DNA from: an uncultured Pirellulales bacterium
GTDB taxonomy: Bacteria > Planctomycetota > Phycisphaerae > Sedimentisphaerales > SM23-30
Direction: 5' to 3'
NCBI GenBank assembly: GCA_964482555.1
Contig: CAYZXY010000011.1
Span: 984-64,983, forward strand
Length of the DNA stretch: 64,000 nt
This document shows, in pieces, positions 58,522-64,000 of the stretch (position 1 is its first letter; every line of letters begins with the position of its first letter). A model generated the notes under the pieces. It saw only the letters and a program-made list of their open reading frames with translations, was not told where the DNA came from and ran no database searches. Made by a program: the position numbers and the translations under genes.

Positions 58522-59490
58522 ATGAAATCCAAACACTATTTGAAAAATCCATGCTTCGCCCCAAACGGCCGGCAATGCCGGGGGTCGCAATCTACCCTGG
58601 CCACTCTTGTACTCGCGGGTATTTTGGTCGGTGCGTTGATTTCGGCTCAGATTCTGGTCATGCGGCGAAATCTGCCCCCACAGGTGATTGACAATGCGGC
58701 CAGACTGCTGGAGAAGATTTCACAAGAAGGATTGGCGGCATATATCCGTAAGCCGGAGATTAATTTCTATCTGATTGAACGAGATGACGATCTGGTGGGA
58801 TACAGCATCGAAGCCATTCGTTCCGATGAAAACAATACGCAGTTTAGAGGACGTGATTTCAGTTATTTTGATAACACGTCTATCCAGAATCAGTACATCA
58901 TCAGTAACGATCTGTCACAATACACTATTAATGAAGAACGTGTTAATACCCGTGAGGGCATTTCCGAAACTTTTCGTATGGTGAGAAACGATAAGGTGCT
59001 CCGTATTACCGGTCAAGTCTCTTTTTCCGGGACCACGCAACCGCTGGGCTTTAGACAGACGGAAACCATACCGGAGAATCTTATTCCCCCGCCACTGCTG
59101 GGATTGTTTGTCGGGATGCTGCGGGATGAAACTTTCGAGAGGGGGGCGGCGTTCCTTTATCCTTATCCCGAAGCCACACGCCAGGGTGTGAAATTAAAAC
59201 TGCCCGCCTGCTGGGTTCGCAAAGAGGGCGCTATTCCCGGCCCGGTGAAAAACCGCTATCCGCAAGGCTATGCGATGCAAACCCGGTGGTACGGTATTGC
59301 GTTTAAGCAGAATATGCTTTTCGATTATGATAAACAGTTGCTCTGGAGTGAAAACATCCAGGATGACAGCAGGGAAATCATTCGCCGGACGACGCTGACG
59401 GAATTGTTATCTGAATTCCCGGAAGCCCAGAATAATCTTAAAGATCAGTTTGGCGATTATGAAATCGTTAATCAACAGGAAATCCTGTAA
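58522..59490 (+). CDS. Membrane-anchored hypothetical protein
   Basis: 322-aa ORF with one TM followed by a beta-rich domain. Confidence 0.7.
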   Translation: MKSKHYLKNPCFAPNGRQCRGSQSTLATLVLAGILVGALISAQILVMRRNLPPQVIDNAARLLEKISQEGLAAYIRKPEINFYLIERDDDLVGYSIEAIRSDENNTQFRGRDFSYFDNTSIQNQYIISNDLSQYTINEERVNTREGISETFRMVRNDKVLRITGQVSFSGTTQPLGFRQTETIPENLIPPPLLGLFVGMLRDETFERGAAFLYPYPEATRQGVKLKLPACWVRKEGAIPGPVKNRYPQGYAMQTRWYGIAFKQNMLFDYDKQLLWSENIQDDSREIIRRTTLTELLSEFPEAQNNLKDQFGDYEIVNQQEIL

Positions 59491-59530
59491 TTCTCAGGCC
59501 TATAGAGCCTGACCAAATATTATATATACT

Positions 59531-61078
59531 ATGAAACATTCATTGACATCCCGGCTCCGATTCCAGCAGATGCTGCTGTTGACGCTGGCAATTCTGGGCG
59601 GTATACGTTTTTTATGTGCTCAAAACGCCACAGTTCCGCCGGCGGAAAAACCAGCGACGATGCCGATGCCTCAATACGTAGATATTCTTAACGGTTTTTC
59701 GCTGCGGTGTCCCTGGCCTGCCGTTCCCTTGAGCAACATTCCTTCCACGTTGCAAAATCAGGCCATGGGCAAACTCAACGGTCATTATGCTCCTCATCAG
59801 GCCTGGCAGGATTTTCAGAACTGGGACGCGGTCAAGTTTCCGGCGGGCAAGGAACTGGTCCGCTTCTTCCCGGCTCACGACAAAGACCTCGGTTGCCTGA
59901 TGGTGTATCTGGTTGTGACCCGCGAAAGCCTCGGCATCGAACAGCTCATGCAGGCCCGCCTCAATTATTGGAATAAATATCCACGGCGAATCGACATGCG
60001 GCAATCCACGATCGGAATCAGCAACGGCCGGGCAGCCGCACGCTTGCAACTTTCCTGGAAAAAAGACGAAAACGCCTTGCCCAGCCAGCACATTGCCGAG
60101 GCCCTGGTCCAGAACGAAAAAGACCGCTATTTTCTGATTATGCTGGCCCATAACAATGGCGACCCGTGCCAGGTTGATGCGATGTTCGACCTGACCCTTC
60201 AGACGTTTCAATGCCTTAGCAAAACCGAAGAGGATAAACGCTGGGAACAGGCCAAAAAACAAGGCGAAGCCTTTCTCGATCAGTTGAATGCTGACAAGAT
60301 CGCTTCCGCGTTGAATTCCATAACCGGCTTTCGCATCGTTCACCAGGGTAAGGAAGTCGGCTTCCTGATGCTGACGGAACAATTCAGTCGCAGCGGGGAA
60401 GATCCTTCCTTGCAGATCACCATGCAGGGGTATCTGGAGCAGGCGTCGCAGGTCTTCAAACTGGCGGATATGCAGGGCTGGCGTTCGTCCATCAAATATT
60501 CTGATAGCGATATGCAGTTTCCCGGCAGTCCCGTGTGGGTGCAATGTACCCTGAACATTGCCGTCACTCTCAAAACCGGCAGTTTTGATTACGTCCTGCG
60601 GCCCACAAACTCACCCGGTATGGGTTATCGCGAACAAGGCGCTTTCAGCAACGGCACACTGACTGTCAAACGCTACCTGCCCATTGAGACGAAAGAGCCG
60701 TCTGTTGACACCCTCAAAATTGTCAACAGTATTTATCTGCCCTGGTCGCTGCGTCCCTTGCTGCATCGCCTGACGGACCGAAAAGTCGGCGGTGAGTATG
60801 TCTTCATGACTTATCACGACGGCAATCTCTGCTACCAGACACTGCATTACAACGCGGATATTCCCCTCACTGTTGATGGTGCGACCTTCAATACAATCTA
60901 TGCTGTTGCCCAACCCGGCGTTCAGGGGCCAATCATCGAATACTGGCTCGACAGCAAGGGTCGTATCGTTCAACAGCGTTGTGGTGAGATAATGCTCATC
61001 AAGGATGACATCAATAATTTAAAAGCGAAATGGCCCGAACCATTCGAATCAATGACCGCCGCCGGGCAGCCGGGATAG
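59531..61078 (+). CDS. Exported hypothetical protein
   Basis: 515-aa ORF with a signal peptide; the C-terminal half resembles the upstream gene. Confidence 0.72.
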   Translation: MKHSLTSRLRFQQMLLLTLAILGGIRFLCAQNATVPPAEKPATMPMPQYVDILNGFSLRCPWPAVPLSNIPSTLQNQAMGKLNGHYAPHQAWQDFQNWDAVKFPAGKELVRFFPAHDKDLGCLMVYLVVTRESLGIEQLMQARLNYWNKYPRRIDMRQSTIGISNGRAAARLQLSWKKDENALPSQHIAEALVQNEKDRYFLIMLAHNNGDPCQVDAMFDLTLQTFQCLSKTEEDKRWEQAKKQGEAFLDQLNADKIASALNSITGFRIVHQGKEVGFLMLTEQFSRSGEDPSLQITMQGYLEQASQVFKLADMQGWRSSIKYSDSDMQFPGSPVWVQCTLNIAVTLKTGSFDYVLRPTNSPGMGYREQGAFSNGTLTVKRYLPIETKEPSVDTLKIVNSIYLPWSLRPLLHRLTDRKVGGEYVFMTYHDGNLCYQTLHYNADIPLTVDGATFNTIYAVAQPGVQGPIIEYWLDSKGRIVQQRCGEIMLIKDDINNLKAKWPEPFESMTAAGQPG

Positions 61079-61179
61079 GGTTTTTCCAAATAAGCCTGTT
61101 GTGTATTGAGTTTGATGCCGGTGAACCGGTATGAAATTCAGAAAATTTGACAAGAAAATTACATTAATGAGGTAGTCAC

Positions 61180-62166
61180 ATGTCTGAAATTCAAAAAGAT
61201 GTCGTTATTATTGGCGCCGGGCCGGCCGGCCTGGGAGCTGGTCTTTATACCGCCCGGGATCGAAATGAAACTGTCATACTGGATAAACTGGTCCCCGGAG
61301 GCCAGATCAACCTGACCGACCGTATCGAAAATTATCCCGCCATCGAGAAAATAAGCGGGCCGGATATGGTAGCGGACATGGTGCAGCAGTGTAAAACCTT
61401 TGGTGCCGAGATAAAAAACAACACCGAAGTTACCGGTCTTTCCTACCGCGAAGACGGCATGAAAGTCGTCACCACTGATGAAGATACGTATCTGGCGAAA
61501 GTTGTTATTCTCAGCCCCGGCAGCGATTACCGCAAGCTTGGTGTTCCCGGTGAAGATAAATTCCGGGAAGCCGGCGCCGGCGTCAGCTACTGCGGAACAT
61601 GCGACGCTCCCTTCTTTCGCGACAAGGAGGTCGTTGCGGTCGGCGGCGGCAATGTCGCGGTAGAAGACACCATTCATCTGGGCAAATACTGCAAGAAGGT
61701 GACGATGGTTCATCGCCGCAAGGAGTTTCGGGCCGAAAAAATTCTCGTTGAAGAGTTGCTTAACGAAACCAGTAAAGGCATCATTAATATTAAATATGAT
61801 ACCGTTCTGACAGAAATCAAAGGCAGCGACAGGGTCGAATCGGCGCTGTTGAAAAACGTCCTGACCGGGGAAACCGAGGAAGTTCCCTGCGGCGGCGTCT
61901 TCATTTTTGTCGGCATGATTCCCAATACCGGATTTCTCAAAGACGCGGTCGAGCTGGATGAAAGCGGTTTTATCAAATGCGACCCGGAATATCTGCGGAC
62001 CAATATGCCGGGTGTTTTTGTGGCCGGCGACTGCCGGGTCGGTGCTGCCATGCAGTTGGCCACGGCCATTGGTGATGGCGTTGCCGCAGCGATGTTCATG
62101 AAAGAATATCTCCGCAATCCTGCCTGGTGGCATACGGCTTATGTTCCCCAGGCAATGGGCTGGTAA
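61180..62166 (+). CDS. trxB: Thioredoxin-disulfide reductase
   Basis: 'IIGAGPAG', 'IENYP', 'VSYCGTCD', 'VGGGN', 'VHRR', 'GVFVAGD'. Confidence 0.95.
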   Translation: MSEIQKDVVIIGAGPAGLGAGLYTARDRNETVILDKLVPGGQINLTDRIENYPAIEKISGPDMVADMVQQCKTFGAEIKNNTEVTGLSYREDGMKVVTTDEDTYLAKVVILSPGSDYRKLGVPGEDKFREAGAGVSYCGTCDAPFFRDKEVVAVGGGNVAVEDTIHLGKYCKKVTMVHRRKEFRAEKILVEELLNETSKGIINIKYDTVLTEIKGSDRVESALLKNVLTGETEEVPCGGVFIFVGMIPNTGFLKDAVELDESGFIKCDPEYLRTNMPGVFVAGDCRVGAAMQLATAIGDGVAAAMFMKEYLRNPAWWHTAYVPQAMGW

Positions 62167-62338
62167 GAGACTTATACCGTAAGTTGAGAATCAAGTTGCA
62201 ATGGAGCGATTGTATTTTTAACCGTTGTGCCCCATGGTTTTTCGCCGGGAGCCTTTGCCATATATGCCTGATGGGGGATATATTCGCCATTACGCGGGCG
62301 GGAAGCCCTCCCTGCATTCTTTTCGCAACAGAAACTAT

Positions 62339-62538
62339 CTAGCCCCAATTGAGTAATAAGCTTCCGGCAGGACCGCGGAAAAGTGCGACAGGTGGCATGT
62401 CAGATGCAGGACGGGGAAGAGGCAAGCCTGGCTCAAACTCGGAAGGTAAGGCACGAAGCTGATGGGGTCGTATATACATTCAACCAAATGTATAAGTAAT
62501 GATTGCAGAAAACGGAAAAACTCAATCGGAAGCCGTAA
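62339..62538 (+). repeat. Longer variant (copy F) of the ~105-bp repeat
   Basis: CCCAATTGAGTAATAAGCTTCCGGCAGGACCG matches the left end of copy A, and AAAACGGAAAAACTCAATCGGAA matches its right end. About 95 extra internal bp. Confidence 0.6.
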
Positions 62539-62554
62539 TAAGAACGAAGAACAT

Positions 62555-62592
62555 AAAAAAAGCACAGGCATCTTAACCAACACCTGTGCTTT
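62555..62592 (-). terminator. Intrinsic terminator after the tRNA
   Basis: AAAGCACAGG...CCTGTGCTTT stem with a T-run on the minus strand. Confidence 0.75.
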
Positions 62593-62598
62593 ATGAAA

Positions 62599-62672
62599 TA
62601 GCGGGAATAGGATTCGAACCTATGACCTCCGGGTTATGAGCCCGGCGAGCTACCAGACTGCTCCATCCCGCG
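62599..62672 (-). tRNA. tRNA-Met(CAT), initiator type
   Basis: CGCGGGATGGAGCAGTCTGGTAGCTCGCCGGGCTCATAACCCGGAGGTCATAGGTTCGAATCCTATTCCCGCTA. C1:U72 mismatch, three consecutive G-C pairs in the anticodon stem, CCA not encoded. Confidence 0.96.
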
Positions 62673-62772
62673 ATATTTCGTAGTTAATGTTCTATCGGTC
62701 AAATTCAGTTTTTTTAATGAATTAATTATTATACAACCACTTTAATCTCAATACAACCTTTTTTTAACAAAT

Positions 62773-63933
62773 TTAACTTTCCTTTTTTGCAGGAGCAGGA
62801 ACAGGCAGACCGGCTGGCTGTTTACCCGGGGCATCGTTTTGATTGACATATTCTATCTCGGCATCTTTCTTGACCTCGTCCAGATACTCTTCTCTGGCCT
62901 TGGCCAGGTTTTCATTATGCAACTGCATCTTAATCATGTCATGAGCTTCTTTGAACGGAATCACTTTGCCATCCTTCTTATCGGTTACTTTGATGATATG
63001 GTAACCAAACTGGGTTTTTACGATATCGCTGACTTCACCCACTTCCATATTGAAGGCTGCTTCGGAAAATTCAGGCACCATTCTATCTTTCGCAAAGAAA
63101 TTTAGATCGCCGCCGTTACTGCTGGACGGGCAATCTGAATGATCTTTGGCTACTTCGGCAAAATCAACGTCCGGTTTGGCCAGATCCTGCTTGATCTTTT
63201 CGCATTTCTCAAAGGCGGCTTTTTGTTCTTCTTCCGATTTGGGCTGGCGTTGTTCGTCAAGAATAGAACACAGGATATGGCTTGCTCTCACCTGAGCATT
63301 TTGTGTAAACTGACTTTCTTTATTCTTTTCGTAATGCTCTTCAATAGCTGTTTCGGTCACTTTCAGCTTTTCGGGGAATTTTCGCTCCAGCAGTTTTCCC
63401 TGTAAAATAGCGGCTCGCGCTCCGTCATCCTTCTTTATATTCTCCACCTGCTGCTTCTTAAAGTCTTCCATGTTGGTAAAGCCGGGGGCGCTTTTCAGGT
63501 TTTCCACCAACTCTTCTTCGCTCCAACCCTGCATGGACCGGAACTGCTCGAGCTGCTCATCCAGTATTTCCATATAGTCCTTGTCAGTTACTTTTACGTT
63601 TTCCTTTTTCGCCATCTGGATCATTAATTCGTTATTGACCAGCATTTCGATGATCTGTGTGCGGTAAAACTTTTTGAATTGTTCCATCTGCTCCGGCTGC
63701 AACTGCGTCTGCTGTTGTGAAAGAATCCTCATAATGTTTTTTTCTACCTGATCTTCCGTAATGGTTTCCCCGTTGACTTTTACGACCACATTCGATTTGG
63801 CTTCTTCGGTTCCGGCAGTTTCTCCGCCGCCAGCCTGGGCCGTATCTTCTGCCGCATTGGTAAAAACATTTAAGCAAAATACACCAACAAAAGCAATTAT
63901 TACGATAAATACAGCTAATTTCGTCTTCATCAT
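62773..63933 (-). CDS. PpiC/parvulin peptidyl-prolyl isomerase (PrsA/SurA-like foldase)
   Basis: 'VVKVNGETIT', 'VRASHIL', 'SDCPSSSNGGDL', 'MVPEFSEAAF', 'VKTQFGYHII'. Confidence 0.93.
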   Translation of the reverse strand: MMKTKLAVFIVIIAFVGVFCLNVFTNAAEDTAQAGGGETAGTEEAKSNVVVKVNGETITEDQVEKNIMRILSQQQTQLQPEQMEQFKKFYRTQIIEMLVNNELMIQMAKKENVKVTDKDYMEILDEQLEQFRSMQGWSEEELVENLKSAPGFTNMEDFKKQQVENIKKDDGARAAILQGKLLERKFPEKLKVTETAIEEHYEKNKESQFTQNAQVRASHILCSILDEQRQPKSEEEQKAAFEKCEKIKQDLAKPDVDFAEVAKDHSDCPSSSNGGDLNFFAKDRMVPEFSEAAFNMEVGEVSDIVKTQFGYHIIKVTDKKDGKVIPFKEAHDMIKMQLHNENLAKAREEYLDEVKKDAEIEYVNQNDAPGKQPAGLPVPAPAKKES

Positions 63934-64000
63934 AAACCTTTCCACTATTTTTTACCATTGAGAATTTTAGAAATATACACGAATTTTATATTATATTGTG

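Noticed and set aside
61159-62133. 324-aa ORF on the - strand
   Set aside because: Antisense shadow of trxB.
62540-62772. Integrated element at tRNA-fMet
   Set aside because: No integrase and no duplicated tRNA 3' end seen in the window.

Overview
Chromosomal window from a diderm bacterium, probably a Planctomycete of the Phycisphaerae/Sedimentisphaerales type (inferred from gene families and a dockerin-like C-terminal motif, not proven). From left to right it holds the end of a type II secretion/type IV pilus locus (pseudopilin, secretin, TPR lipoprotein) with a PAS kinase, response regulator and HD-GYP gene; sirC/cysG-N and cobO; and a peptide ABC transporter with two permease pairs. Next is a minimal type VII-like locus (EccC/EssC-like FtsK ATPase, two WxD-variant WXG100 proteins, and a helical protein with an Imm33-like C-terminus), divergent from a VWA/ExbB/ExbD/ExbD/TPR/J-like/Zn-finger operon. 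Then come MBOAT + SGNH-like genes, LOG, an LRR protein, GH2 and a complete phoBR-pstSCAB-phoU locus. The right end has a five-gene PspA-like / TPR-FHA-like / Ser-Thr kinase-TM2 / ExbD-domain membrane protein / Zn-finger ECF sigma operon, trxB, tRNA-fMet and a PpiC foldase. Non-coding features include a ~105-bp repeat found in every large spacer of the pho/pst locus and again near the tRNA, an IS-derived MITE with a TTTA duplication, REP-like palindromes, short-period spacer repeats and an internally deleted GxxExxY gene. The best candidates for undescribed systems are the minimal T7SS-like locus and the PspA-like/kinase/ECF operon. All calls come from motif reading by eye; no searches were run.
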